Shown: positions 36,386 to 46,090, counted from the stretch's first letter. The stretch is DNA of 64,000 bases from an archaeon (GCA_018653485.1 JABHZE010000001.1:68603-132602), one strand, 5' to 3'. Numbers and translations are program-made. The notes: a model not told the origin generated them from the letters alone.

Positions 36386-37150
36386 TTATTTTTTCTTGAC
36401 TTTTTTCTTACTCTTAACAACTTTCTTACCTTCCACAATCTCCTTATTCTGTTTTCCTTCTTTATTCTTATTAGCTTTCTTACCACTACCTTTCTTCCTA
36501 TGATTATCACTTCTTAAAAGAAATTGTGCTAATAATCCAGAGATATACGCAATTCCATTAAAAAGATGTAATGAAGCAAATAATAAGATTATTCCAACAA
36601 TACTCCAACCTAATGAAGAAATAAAATTAGGTACCATATTAACACCCTCATAAATCATAAATTTCACTTCAGGATTATCCAATCCAACATTATACATTAA
36701 AGGAGATATAATCAATGATAAAGACACAGATATTAAACTCACAAGAAGCACAAATGAAATAATTCCAATAGGGAACTTTAACATAAGATAAATAAAACTT
36801 TTCCAAACACCAGTATTACTCAAATGTTTAATTAATTGTCTCCAAACATTTTTTTCTTTCAAAGCATTATTTGATATTTTTCCAATCTTAATATTCAAAA
36901 TATTTATAGTTGCAAATCTTTCAAACATAGCCAACCAATACCATACAAGTGTCATTAAAATTATAATTGGGATCCCAATTAAAGTGATAATTGTTCCAAT
37001 TCCAACAGAAAGTCCTGTAACTAATATTACAAAATAAACAAGCCCTAATGGAAATGCTAAGAGTAAATAAAACATATTCAAATAAGTTTGACTCTCAAAA
37101 GCAACTTTAAAAAATTTCCACACCATTTTTATTATTAATAAAATTAACAT
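36386..37150 (-). CDS. Multi-pass membrane protein resembling the 'putative sensor' membrane module, with a Lys-rich tail
   Basis: 254 aa. Two copies of a TM-hairpin module (FPLGLVYFVILVTGLSVGIGTIITLIGIPIIIL; FPIGIISFVLLVSLISVSLSLII) and a C-terminal KKKVKKK tail. Confidence 0.5.
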   Translation of the reverse strand: MLILLIIKMVWKFFKVAFESQTYLNMFYLLLAFPLGLVYFVILVTGLSVGIGTIITLIGIPIIILMTLVWYWLAMFERFATINILNIKIGKISNNALKEKNVWRQLIKHLSNTGVWKSFIYLMLKFPIGIISFVLLVSLISVSLSLIISPLMYNVGLDNPEVKFMIYEGVNMVPNFISSLGWSIVGIILLFASLHLFNGIAYISGLLAQFLLRSDNHRKKGSGKKANKNKEGKQNKEIVEGKKVVKSKKKVKKK

Positions 37151-37217
37151 ATCATACTATAAAAAGGTTTTTAAGAAAGAATATCATTAGGAGTTATAAA
37201 TATTTTAGATTATTTTT

Positions 37218-37295
37218 GATTTTCTCTCCCCCTATTGAGAGAGAATTAATCATTAAAATTAGATAAAAAAGTCAGACTCAAAAAGGTTTTTAATA
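37218..37295. repeat. Degenerate copy C of the intergenic repeat family
   Basis: Contains TTTTCTCTCCCCCTATT (37220-37236) followed by GAGAGAGAATTAAT...ATTAAAAT...GTCAGACTCAAAAAGG. It is related to copies A and B but lacks hairpin 1. Confidence 0.4.
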
Positions 37296-37314
37296 AATAT
37301 CCCAAAATAAATAA

Positions 37315-37611
37315 TTATTTATTACTCCCTCTCCCAGCATACTCCACAACATACCCAATATAATTCCCATTTCTAAAAAACAATCTCTCTCTAAAATTTC
37401 CACCCCTATCTTTATCATACCCTAAATTCTCTCCAATCTTACTTGTTATACCATTACCCTCAGGAATTTCATCCAACTCAACTCCACATCTCCTAGAACT
37501 ATTAAAACACTTTTTTTCAGTAGAATCTCTTGCCTCATTAGGAACCACTAATTTCACCCCTAACAATCCATCACACATCCAATCTAACAAACTCATAAAA
37601 ATTCTAAACAT
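37315..37611 (-). CDS. Hypothetical protein
   Basis: 98-aa ORF from the first ATG (the track start at 37614 is TTG). No motif recognised. Confidence 0.4.
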   Translation of the reverse strand: MFRIFMSLLDWMCDGLLGVKLVVPNEARDSTEKKCFNSSRRCGVELDEIPEGNGITSKIGENLGYDKDRGGNFRERLFFRNGNYIGYVVEYAGRGSNK

Positions 37612-37643
37612 CAAATCTATTTAAACATTTTCAATATTGAAAA

Positions 37644-37871
37644 TTACCTTTTACTTAATATCAACCAAACAATCATATGCAAAACACCAAACGCAAAAGC
37701 AAATATAAAAATAAAATAAAAAATCTTTCCAAATAATTCATAACCAACCCTATTAAAAACAGAACCCAAAATCAAAGCAATTAAACTTAAAACAAAAACA
37801 ATCGCAGGACAAGGATTCTTAGTAATAATCCCTTTCTTTTCCAACCCCTTTACAAAATCAACAAACCCCAT
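37644..37871 (-). CDS. Small two-TM membrane protein
   Basis: 75 aa. Hydrophobic helices PAIVFVLSLIALILGSVF and FYFIFIFAFAFGVLHMIVWLIL. Confidence 0.5.
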   Translation of the reverse strand: MGFVDFVKGLEKKGIITKNPCPAIVFVLSLIALILGSVFNRVGYELFGKIFYFIFIFAFAFGVLHMIVWLILSKR

Positions 37872-37931
37872 TTAACAACACCTATTAATTTAAACCAAAT
37901 AGGGTATAAATAATCTTCTAAGAAATCCCTT

Positions 37932-38648
37932 CTATCCCCTCATAACATAAATAACTTTCTCAACAAGCTCATCAGATTTCCAAACATTAGATTTATCCCT
38001 CACTTCAGAACTACCCCCTCTTCCTTCACCTTCAATACCCATCATAACATCATACTTTATTGCTCTAAATCCACAAGGATTAAAACCACATTCATCAGAC
38101 AGATGTGCAAAATCTATTTCATCACTAAATCTTCCATTAAAAGGCATTTCATTATATTCTGCACAAACATCTCTCCCACCCTCCTCAAAACTCTTCACAC
38201 CATTAACATCAATATCCAAACTATCAATAATCAACAAACCATTTTTATTTAACATATTTCTACATCTCTTTAAACACTTAACTTGTTGATTATAATCAAA
38301 TCCCAAAACACCTTCACCCATCCATAAAATAGAATCAAACTTACGATCCAATTTCATTTGAGTAACATCTTGATTATGAATAACAACTCTTGGAGAAAAT
38401 CTCCCTCTCAAATAACCAACAAACTCATCAATATAATCTACACCATGAATCTCTCCATCAAAATCCCTTTTAATCAAATAATTCAAACATCTCCCATAAC
38501 CAGAACCCAATTCCAACACACTTCCAACATCTTTAATAAAAGGATAAGCAATTTCCATATCACGACAACAATCATCATCAGCACCTTTAGCCAATTCCCT
38601 AAAAACATCCATGTCAATACTTTCCCAAAACACTCTATTATCACTCAT
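37932..38648 (-). CDS. Class I SAM-dependent methyltransferase
   Basis: Motif I VLELGSGYGRCL, then GVDYIDEF, and a post-II region ILWMGEG. Start set to the ATG at 38648 (MSDNRVFWE), 26 nt below a TATA-like box at 38670-38678. The maximal ORF (38741) would leave only 9 nt to the divergent gene. Confidence 0.65.
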   Translation of the reverse strand: MSDNRVFWESIDMDVFRELAKGADDDCCRDMEIAYPFIKDVGSVLELGSGYGRCLNYLIKRDFDGEIHGVDYIDEFVGYLRGRFSPRVVIHNQDVTQMKLDRKFDSILWMGEGVLGFDYNQQVKCLKRCRNMLNKNGLLIIDSLDIDVNGVKSFEEGGRDVCAEYNEMPFNGRFSDEIDFAHLSDECGFNPCGFRAIKYDVMMGIEGEGRGGSSEVRDKSNVWKSDELVEKVIYVMRG

Positions 38649-38750
38649 AGAAATATCAGAAAATCTAGTTTTATATAGATTATTGAAGTGGAAAATACTT
38701 GAAAAAATTGAGACAATAATACTTAAAAACTTTAAAATCATACAAAAATA

Positions 38751-39878
38751 ATGACATTTAAAAAAATTAAAGGATTAGTAGCAAAAACGATGTTAGGTGC
38801 TGCAATTCTTTTTTCATCTCCTGAAGTTGCAAAAGCAGAAGGAGGAGATTGTTTTATAGGGCTTTATGATAGATGGTCAGATAAAGACAATGATGGAAGA
38901 AAAGACCACAATGAATTTCAAGGATTAAGATGGTATAATGGAATATCTCCTAGTGATGGAATTAATAAGTTGACTTCAAAACAAATTGGCAGAGCAGAGG
39001 GTTTAAATTTTATTATGTTTAAATGCGGGAACCATAATCCTGGGGGAAGAGCAATAACTAAGTTTTATGATTCAAAAGGAAATAAAGTTTTAGAGGATAT
39101 AACAAACCTTTCAAAAGGTAAAGGACAATATGCTTGGTTATCAGCAAGAACTTCAGGGATTTACGATGAATTTGGTCCTGGAAATTATGTTCTCAAAATG
39201 GAAGTTAATGGGAGATTAGATAGCACTTTAAACTTTAGATTAGTAGATGATGGAACTTCGATTAAACCAATGGTATTTAATTATTGGAAGGACCTTAATG
39301 GAGATACTAAAGTTCAAAAATCTGAATTAATTGGATTAGATAAAAAAACATTTAGAGAAACTGAAAAAATAACCTGGGCAATGAATTCATCTTGGCATAG
39401 AGGAGAAAAACAAGAGATTAGAATCATGGGTCCAAAAGGAGATAATTTACTCTCATTTAGCAACGAAGCTAAACATAATATAAACTTCTTTCAATTTGGT
39501 CAACCATCTCATGAAGAATATGTAAAAAGCCAAGGTTATGGAACTTATGCAGCAGCATTTTTTACAGATGGAAAACATATAAAAACAATTACATATGAGG
39601 TTACAGAATCAAAAAAAATTCCAAGAGATAATATGGAGGCTTATGAAATAACCAAGGATGGGAAAAAAGTTTTAAGAAAGGGATTAAAGGCACCTCAACC
39701 TGCAGAAGATCTTTTTGAGGAGGTAATTGAAGAAACTCCAACTCCAAAAAGAATAGAGGGATATATCTTAGATGGAAGATTCATGCCTTATGAAGATAAA
39801 GGTCCAGGATATGAAAGAAAAGAAAAGCCAGAAGTATATATGTTAAATGGAAAGATTTATAGGGTCGACAAAAAATAA
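38751..39878 (+). CDS. Secreted protein with EF-hand/dockerin-like Ca-binding loops
   Basis: 375 aa. Signal peptide LVAKTMLGAAILFSSPEVAKAEG and loops DKDNDGRKDHNEF and DLNGDTKVQKSEL. Confidence 0.55.
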   Translation: MTFKKIKGLVAKTMLGAAILFSSPEVAKAEGGDCFIGLYDRWSDKDNDGRKDHNEFQGLRWYNGISPSDGINKLTSKQIGRAEGLNFIMFKCGNHNPGGRAITKFYDSKGNKVLEDITNLSKGKGQYAWLSARTSGIYDEFGPGNYVLKMEVNGRLDSTLNFRLVDDGTSIKPMVFNYWKDLNGDTKVQKSELIGLDKKTFRETEKITWAMNSSWHRGEKQEIRIMGPKGDNLLSFSNEAKHNINFFQFGQPSHEEYVKSQGYGTYAAAFFTDGKHIKTITYEVTESKKIPRDNMEAYEITKDGKKVLRKGLKAPQPAEDLFEEVIEETPTPKRIEGYILDGRFMPYEDKGPGYERKEKPEVYMLNGKIYRVDKK

Positions 39879-39885
39879 TCCCTAA

Positions 39886-41058
39886 TCAATTAGAATTATC
39901 TACAGAATCCCCAAGTTTCTCAATAACTATACCATCGAGTTTGCTTATACTTTTTCCAATGCCCCATAAAATTCTTCCTTTTAGAATCGGCGGACCAGAA
40001 CCCCATTCAACTTCATTTTCTAATCTTTCAATATAATCATCTCTTAATTTCTCTGGAAACAAACTAGCAATAGCTTTTACCTCAGTAAAATTAATTTCCC
40101 GAGGATTATAGATATGTAATTTACCATCCTCTTTTTGAAGTTCATAACCATAAGAATCTGAAGGAGGATTAACATAGGCAATAACAAAAGGAATATCAGA
40201 GTCTCCAACTTTCATATGAGCATAAAGAGGTTGCCAACCTTTTCCAAATCCATTAAAAATATTTTTAGGAGCCCCAATTTGTTTGTAAAAAGATTCTTGC
40301 ATAAAAACAATAAGCTTATTTCCTTCAGTAGAATCTATTGATTCTTCAGGAGCTTTGTAACATCTATAATCTCGTTTTATTACTTCCATCCAATCAACAT
40401 CAGGGCATAATTTATCTAAATTTTCAGAATCTTTAATTTTAGCAGGTTTTCCATAAAAATCTCTATAACGTATTCTTCCCATTCCTGAAAATCCTTCCAA
40501 TGCAGCTTCAGGATTTTCCCTTATCAAAGCTACTTTTCTATGATATGATTCAACCCTATTTTTTTTTAATTCTGGAAAAACATCTTCCAAAAATTCCCCT
40601 TGCCCCTTTAATGCCTGAAACTCATTCAAGGTAGGAATAATCTCACTCCTAAAAAAAGTTTTTTTCTTTTCATTCACTTCCTTATCCCATTCCTCAGAAA
40701 CCATTTCTTCTATAGTCACATTATCAGGAATAATTTGATTTTTAGATTCATTCTCAAAAGGATCTATATTCATATCATAAGATGAACCCTCTGGAATTTC
40801 TATTCCCTCAGTGGGATCTCTAGCCCCTAATACTTCCTCAGCTTCTAACACATCCTTTTTTTCAACAACACACTCAGGAACTACTTCAATTACATCTTCA
40901 CTTAAACTTTCAGTTACTAAAACTTCTTCATTAACAACTCGCTCTTTAGATTTATAGTCATTCAAATGAGCTAAATAATCTCCACCAAGAAATATGCCTG
41001 CACCAACCAACCCTGCTAATCCATACTTAAAAATACTCTTTACAACCTTATTAACCAT
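39886..41058 (-). CDS. N-terminally anchored protein, function unknown
   Basis: 390 aa. N-terminal TM (YGLAGLVGAGIFLGG), an acidic linker, then a globular C-terminal region. Confidence 0.55.
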   Translation of the reverse strand: MVNKVVKSIFKYGLAGLVGAGIFLGGDYLAHLNDYKSKERVVNEEVLVTESLSEDVIEVVPECVVEKKDVLEAEEVLGARDPTEGIEIPEGSSYDMNIDPFENESKNQIIPDNVTIEEMVSEEWDKEVNEKKKTFFRSEIIPTLNEFQALKGQGEFLEDVFPELKKNRVESYHRKVALIRENPEAALEGFSGMGRIRYRDFYGKPAKIKDSENLDKLCPDVDWMEVIKRDYRCYKAPEESIDSTEGNKLIVFMQESFYKQIGAPKNIFNGFGKGWQPLYAHMKVGDSDIPFVIAYVNPPSDSYGYELQKEDGKLHIYNPREINFTEVKAIASLFPEKLRDDYIERLENEVEWGSGPPILKGRILWGIGKSISKLDGIVIEKLGDSVDNSN

Positions 41059-41184
41059 CTTTTTTTATGATGAAACCCCTTTATATATCTTATTATTTCT
41101 AATTACACCACAGCCATCTAAACTTTTCACTACTCTCTCCAACAAAAACCAAACACTTTTAAACCATTCATTCATCCCAAAATT

Positions 41185-41631
41185 ATGGATAGAAAAAATA
41201 CACTAATAACATTAACACTAACAACAGCCTTAGCTCTAGGCTTAGGCGGAATAAAAGCAGGAAAATATCTTTCACAACCTGCAAAACCAGATACTTCAAG
41301 ACAAGTAAAAATAACAGATGAAGTTGTTAGAGATTATCACTGGCTTCAAGCAAGAGCATTAGAATTAGAAAAATTAGATAATCAAATAGTTTTGTTAAGA
41401 ACAGAAGTAAATAAACATTCTTACCAAGGGTACTATAGGGATTTAGACACAGTAAATTTAGAAAAAACAAAAAGAGGAGAATTAAGAGGACTTATCACAA
41501 CAAGAGATCAAAAAGCAGATTTATATAATGAAAAAATAGAAAATTTAGAAGAAGAATGGACATTTAAAGAAATTCCAAAAGAATTTATTCCTTTTCTAAA
41601 CCCTTATGAATCTTTAAGAAAAAGAAAATAA
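41185..41631 (+). CDS. N-terminally anchored coiled-coil protein
   Basis: 148 aa. TM/signal LITLTLTTALALGLGGI followed by a charged helical region. Confidence 0.5.
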   Translation: MDRKNTLITLTLTTALALGLGGIKAGKYLSQPAKPDTSRQVKITDEVVRDYHWLQARALELEKLDNQIVLLRTEVNKHSYQGYYRDLDTVNLEKTKRGELRGLITTRDQKADLYNEKIENLEEEWTFKEIPKEFIPFLNPYESLRKRK

Positions 41632-41670
41632 ATTATAAAACAAAAATAAAAAGAAATAAAAAAGAAAAAA

Positions 41671-41877
41671 TTATTTCTTCTTTTTACCCTTTGCAGGTTT
41701 CATTGGTTCACAACATTCACTCTTTGGAGGCATTACCATCATCAGAATCCCCTTGATTATTAAAAGTCCGCCGATAACTAACCAAATGTTCCATTCAGTA
41801 AATTGAATTGAAAGCACAATAACTAAACCTACAATTAACATACAAATTCCATGTTCTTTACACATATTAATTTTCAC
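41671..41877 (-). CDS. Small membrane protein (68 aa) with a CC motif and a Lys tail
   Basis: Two hydrophobic helices, then SECCEPMKPAKGKKKK. A GGAGGTG SD-like motif lies about 10 nt upstream on the minus strand. Confidence 0.5.
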   Translation of the reverse strand: MKINMCKEHGICMLIVGLVIVLSIQFTEWNIWLVIGGLLIIKGILMMVMPPKSECCEPMKPAKGKKKK

Positions 41878-41984
41878 CTCCCTTTAAACCTTAATCAATT
41901 AAACCAAAATACTTATTTAAATCTTTTCAAAACAAAGCGCTATTCAAAGTTCTATAAATTTTTATGACCTCTCCGAGAATTTAA

Positions 41985-42073
41985 TTTTTCTCTCCCTATA
42001 TTCAAAATCTCTAAAAGATTTTGAATGAGTCAGAGTAAAAAGTTTCTTTTTCTCTGAATTTATGAGGGAGAAG
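41985..42073. repeat. Nested-hairpin intergenic repeat, copy B
   Basis: TTTTTCTCTCCCTATA-TTCAAAATCTCTAAAAGATTTTGAATGAGTCAGAGTAAAAAGTTTCTTTTTCTCTGAATTTATGAGGGAGAAG. Hairpin 1 is identical to copy A; hairpin 2 carries a 1-nt bulge. Confidence 0.75.
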
Positions 42074-42124
42074 AAATGTAAATTCAAGTAGGTCTAAGTT
42101 AATTTAAATCTTACTAACTAAAAA

Positions 42125-42397
42125 TCAAATCTCACAATGAACAAAATATTCTATACCTTCTCCTGATTCATTAAACTCTCCCTTACCACCTCGCTTTTCA
42201 ATCCTAAGGCCCTTAATGGGTTTAGGATAAACTCTTTCCTCTCTAGTTATTTCCCCTCTATCATTTCTTTCTAAAACTCTAGTTAAATAATGCCTTCCAT
42301 CTCCTTCATCATATTTACAACAAACTTTAGGAAACTCTTCAAAAGGTCCAATAACAATTCTATTTTCTTCAAGAAGCTCTGTTAACTCCGCAGTCAT
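42125..42397 (-). CDS. Hypothetical small protein, last gene of the secreted-protein operon
   Basis: About 90-aa ORF. The first ATG is at 42397 (the track start at 42406 is TTG), 5 nt after the upstream stop. Confidence 0.45.
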   Translation of the reverse strand: MTAELTELLEENRIVIGPFEEFPKVCCKYDEGDGRHYLTRVLERNDRGEITREERVYPKPIKGLRIEKRGGKGEFNESGEGIEYFVHCEI

Positions 42398-42402
42398 TTT
42401 AA

Positions 42403-43551
42403 TCAAATAACCTCAAACTCAATCCTCTCAGCAATTGCATTACCTGCATCATCTCTTACTTGAATATCTAAAGCATAAATACCTTTCCTAAAACTTTTTT
42501 TCTTCTCACAAACTCCATCTTTCAAACGAGAACATAATCTCTTCTCTCTAGTTCTTCCTCTACTATCTTCATACAAATAAACAACCTCATCAAAATTTAA
42601 TTCATCTATCTCAAAATTAAAATAAATATATTTATTATATTTCCCTTCACCTTGATACCAAAAATTATCTGAATTAACTAAAACAGGCATAGTTGTATCT
42701 ATTTCCACTTTAACTCTCTTAGAGTTAACCACCACCCCAGCAATATCTTCTAATTCAAACCAATATGAAATCTCCATTCCATCATAATCATTTAAATCAA
42801 CTTCAATATCACAATAAGTTTTCCCCTTAATAATCTCACATTCATCTAAATCCACTTCAGCTTCACGCATATCATCATAAGTCCCATAATTTAAAATCAA
42901 ATTAGCAGGATTCATTTCCTTAAACTGAATCTGAAACAAACCATCAGCAAAACCTCTTCGAGGATATGTCCTATAAATTCTTGGTTTTGTAGCATCAACA
43001 TAAAAACTTCTTCTAACAATAACTTCATTATCTGAATCATCAGTTGCCCTTACACTAACATCATTTAAACCATCACTAAATCTAATTTTCTTAAAATATC
43101 CTTCACCACATCTATTTTTACTACATAAACTCTTCCACCTACCTCTACCATTAACATGATCTAAATAACTAACACTTACAATCTCATCAGAAATAAAATC
43201 AAACAAAACTCTTTTATCATCATAGACTTCACCTTCAACAGGAAATCTCAAATCTAATTCAGGCGGTGTGATATCTAGTTCAGTACTTCCAGTATTTTCA
43301 CAAACTAAACCCTTGCAATGCCCATTATGTGCAGGAAGATAATAATCTCCTCTATCAATTACACAAGCGTTACAAAAACCTTTACCACCACAACCCCAAG
43401 GTTCTAAGATTCCACCCTGATTTAAATTAATTGTCTCTCCATCATTCAAACAAAGTAATACATAATTATTTGTCTCAGCACTAACTACCACTATTGAAAA
43501 TAATGTCATTAAGACTATTGCAATTATTGTAAATATTTGTTTGTTTGTCAT
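42403..43551 (-). CDS. Secreted protein with a Cys-rich head and three Ig-like repeats
   Basis: 382 aa. Signal peptide FTIIAIVLMTLFSIVVVSAE. Domain starts DITPPEL, DATKPRI and DTTMPVL are typical of D-x-T-x-P Ig-like modules. An SD-like GGAG lies 8 nt upstream. Confidence 0.6.
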   Translation of the reverse strand: MTNKQIFTIIAIVLMTLFSIVVVSAETNNYVLLCLNDGETINLNQGGILEPWGCGGKGFCNACVIDRGDYYLPAHNGHCKGLVCENTGSTELDITPPELDLRFPVEGEVYDDKRVLFDFISDEIVSVSYLDHVNGRGRWKSLCSKNRCGEGYFKKIRFSDGLNDVSVRATDDSDNEVIVRRSFYVDATKPRIYRTYPRRGFADGLFQIQFKEMNPANLILNYGTYDDMREAEVDLDECEIIKGKTYCDIEVDLNDYDGMEISYWFELEDIAGVVVNSKRVKVEIDTTMPVLVNSDNFWYQGEGKYNKYIYFNFEIDELNFDEVVYLYEDSRGRTREKRLCSRLKDGVCEKKKSFRKGIYALDIQVRDDAGNAIAERIEFEVI

Positions 43552-43569
43552 CTATATTCTCCTATTAAT

Positions 43570-43664
43570 TTACCGATAATTCATTCTCGGTAATTTTTCA
43601 ATCTCTAGAATTTTTAATTCTAGAATACCTTCCTACTCATGCCTCCAGATTCTCCAGAATCTGG
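43570..43664 (-). promoter_or_regulatory. Three consecutive perfect hairpins in the intercistronic spacer
   Basis: Hairpin 1: TTACCGA/TCGGTAA (43570-43593). Hairpin 2: TCTAGAATT/AATTCTAGA (43604-43624). Hairpin 3: CCAGATTC/GAATCTGG (43645-43664). A C7 run and a long A/T tract follow. Confidence 0.5.
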
Positions 43665-43716
43665 AACACCCCCCCTCTTTTTAAAAAAAATAAAAATAAA
43701 AAAATAATAACTAAAT

Positions 43717-44799
43717 TTAGATAGCTTCTCCCCAGAAGTAAATACTTCCAGTGTCAAAGTCTCCATTACATGGTTCTGGTAAATCTAATCTAAAAGTCAT
43801 TGCAATTTCCGCACCTGGAGCTAACATATTTCCACGGTGGTAAGAATTTGGAGCTTGACCGCTATTATGGATTATTTCATTAGATCCATAAAATGGATTT
43901 GGATCATTAAATCCTAAACCATATTCTATCGGTACATAACCTTCAGGATCCGCTCTTGGATCATCTTGAGTAGAGTAAGCTCCACTTGTTGCATAATAAC
44001 TGAAAGAATCTAGACTTAATTGATTAGTTGTAGGGCACATTGCACCACTAGATTGAGAGTCATAAAAGTCAGTTCCTGAGACAAACATGTCTAAAAGAAC
44101 ACCACTTCCATCATCCGCACTATTACCAACTAACAAAGTTTCTGAATAAGAACTTGTTCCAGGTCTAACACCATCATCAAATACAAGTAAATCACTAATA
44201 CTTAATCCAATCATTGGATTAAAATACCAGTACTCATTTTCATCAGCAGTTCCAAGTAATTCGTCATAGTCTTCTGCTTCTACTGTTACCCAGTATTCAC
44301 CACTAGGCATACCTTCAGAAGTTTCAACAGTTAACGTACAAACATAGTAATCCATTAAATCAGGATTAAATGTTGTTATCTGTTCTTCTAAGATTCTTGC
44401 ATTACAAGAAGAAGGTATTTTGCTAGGTCCTGAAGTTCTTTGACAATTTACTTCAATGTCATTTCCTTCACCTTGCACATCACCAATAGTTGCATAAACA
44501 TCTCTAACTTTTTCGATTCCGTTTTTATCCATAACTAGAACATTCCACTGAATTTGTTCACCTTCGAAAGCATAATTACTTATTCTTTCTGATAAAGGCA
44601 TACCAGGTCCAGTAACTCTTCCAGGTTCAGTTGCATCATCAAAGACAAGTCTTCCATCACACATCCAAACTAATGGCTCAAAATCTTCTGTTTCAATATC
44701 AATACCAACTCCAGTACTAGTGCTAACAGCATTAACAACTGGAACTATTGACATTACCAAAAAAACCATAGTTAATAAACTAAGAATTTTTTTCATCAT
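43717..44799 (-). CDS. Secreted protein, function unknown
   Basis: 360 aa. Signal peptide ILSLLTMVFLVMSIVPVVNAVS. AGGAGG SD-like motif about 15 nt upstream on the minus strand. Confidence 0.6.
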   Translation of the reverse strand: MMKKILSLLTMVFLVMSIVPVVNAVSTSTGVGIDIETEDFEPLVWMCDGRLVFDDATEPGRVTGPGMPLSERISNYAFEGEQIQWNVLVMDKNGIEKVRDVYATIGDVQGEGNDIEVNCQRTSGPSKIPSSCNARILEEQITTFNPDLMDYYVCTLTVETSEGMPSGEYWVTVEAEDYDELLGTADENEYWYFNPMIGLSISDLLVFDDGVRPGTSSYSETLLVGNSADDGSGVLLDMFVSGTDFYDSQSSGAMCPTTNQLSLDSFSYYATSGAYSTQDDPRADPEGYVPIEYGLGFNDPNPFYGSNEIIHNSGQAPNSYHRGNMLAPGAEIAMTFRLDLPEPCNGDFDTGSIYFWGEAI

Positions 44800-45024
44800 T
44801 TTTTATTTTAATAAACCTCCTTTCAGCAAATTACGACATCTAATTTCTCTAATAAACTCGAGTCTTTTAGATGAATATAAACTAACTAAATCTCTTAATG
44901 CATAACTCTCTTTTGCTTTCATAGAAAAAAATACATAATTTTGTTTATAAACACTCTTTCAATAAAACATATACTTTAATGTCTATAAGTATGTAATCAC
45001 TAAAATAGAATGAAAATAATTTTC

Positions 45025-45501
45025 TTATTTCTTAACACCATAATCCCAAGGATATTTAGGAGGAAGAAAATCAGGACGAGGATTAACTCCTTTAGCATAT
45101 CCATAAAATCTCCAATAAGTTTCTCCATCTTCAGAGGTTATTTTTTTAGCTTCATTTTCCGAATCTTCTGAATCTGTGCCACCTTCAGAATCAAAAGATT
45201 CTGAACCCTCATCCGATTCAGAAATTCCCTTTAACACAAACTCAGAACGATAAGTTGCAATATATCCTTTTCTTAAAACATCAATCTGACATCCTGAAGG
45301 ATATTTTGCCAGATTCCTAACATTATATTTTTTACCATCAACATCAAAAATAATCTTCCATCTACCTTCTTTTAACGCCCTTCTACCCTCCTCAGATTTA
45401 AGCATAGCAACTTCATCCTTAGGAGTACCATCACAATCAAGCCCAAGAATTTTATCCTCAACATTACTTTCAACTCTTGCTTCAACAGATTCATCACTCA
45501 T
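45025..45501 (-). CDS. Hypothetical acidic protein
   Basis: 158-aa ORF from the ATG at 45501 (MSDESVEARV), about 29 nt below TTTAAATA-like sequence at 45526-45535. The track start at 45525 is GTG. Confidence 0.5.
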   Translation of the reverse strand: MSDESVEARVESNVEDKILGLDCDGTPKDEVAMLKSEEGRRALKEGRWKIIFDVDGKKYNVRNLAKYPSGCQIDVLRKGYIATYRSEFVLKGISESDEGSESFDSEGGTDSEDSENEAKKITSEDGETYWRFYGYAKGVNPRPDFLPPKYPWDYGVKK

Positions 45502-45550
45502 GTAGAAATCACACAACAAACCCACTTTTAAATATTATTATAAACAAACT

Positions 45551-46090
45551 TTATTCAACAGCTCTTTTAATATCTTCAATTGAACTTTCAACAACATTTT
45601 TAATTTTTTGTTCTAATCTAAGTTCTTTCTTTCTTGCCCTTGCTTTCTTAACAGCCTTAGTCCTCGGTGTCCCAATCCTATCAAAGATTCTAAAATAACC
45701 TACAATAAATACACTAATAAAAACAATTAATGTAACAAATAAATACAAACTATCAACGGGCAATCCTATTTTAATTCCAATTAAATCTTCTAATAATGAA
45801 AATATTCTAAAAACAAACAATACAAGAAAACTACTTCCTATTGCATGAAATATAGGTGCAGGTAAATCTAATGGGAATACTAATACATAAAATAAATCCC
45901 CAAATAAGAATAATACCCAGAAAACCATAACTAATCCAAAATTAAAATTTAAAAAATAAACAACACTAGAAAAAACAGAATTATCAAAAAAATCCAAAAG
46001 AAAATTAAGTAATCCAATTAAAATTAAGAATATAAGCAACGAAATAACTCTTGTAACTAATATATTTGTAACATCTCTCAATTGTTTCAT
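45551..46090 (-). CDS. Multi-pass membrane protein with a basic C-terminal tail
   Basis: 179 aa with 4-5 hydrophobic helices, then KAVKKARARKKELRLEQK. Confidence 0.55.
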   Translation of the reverse strand: MKQLRDVTNILVTRVISLLIFLILIGLLNFLLDFFDNSVFSSVVYFLNFNFGLVMVFWVLFLFGDLFYVLVFPLDLPAPIFHAIGSSFLVLFVFRIFSLLEDLIGIKIGLPVDSLYLFVTLIVFISVFIVGYFRIFDRIGTPRTKAVKKARARKKELRLEQKIKNVVESSIEDIKRAVE

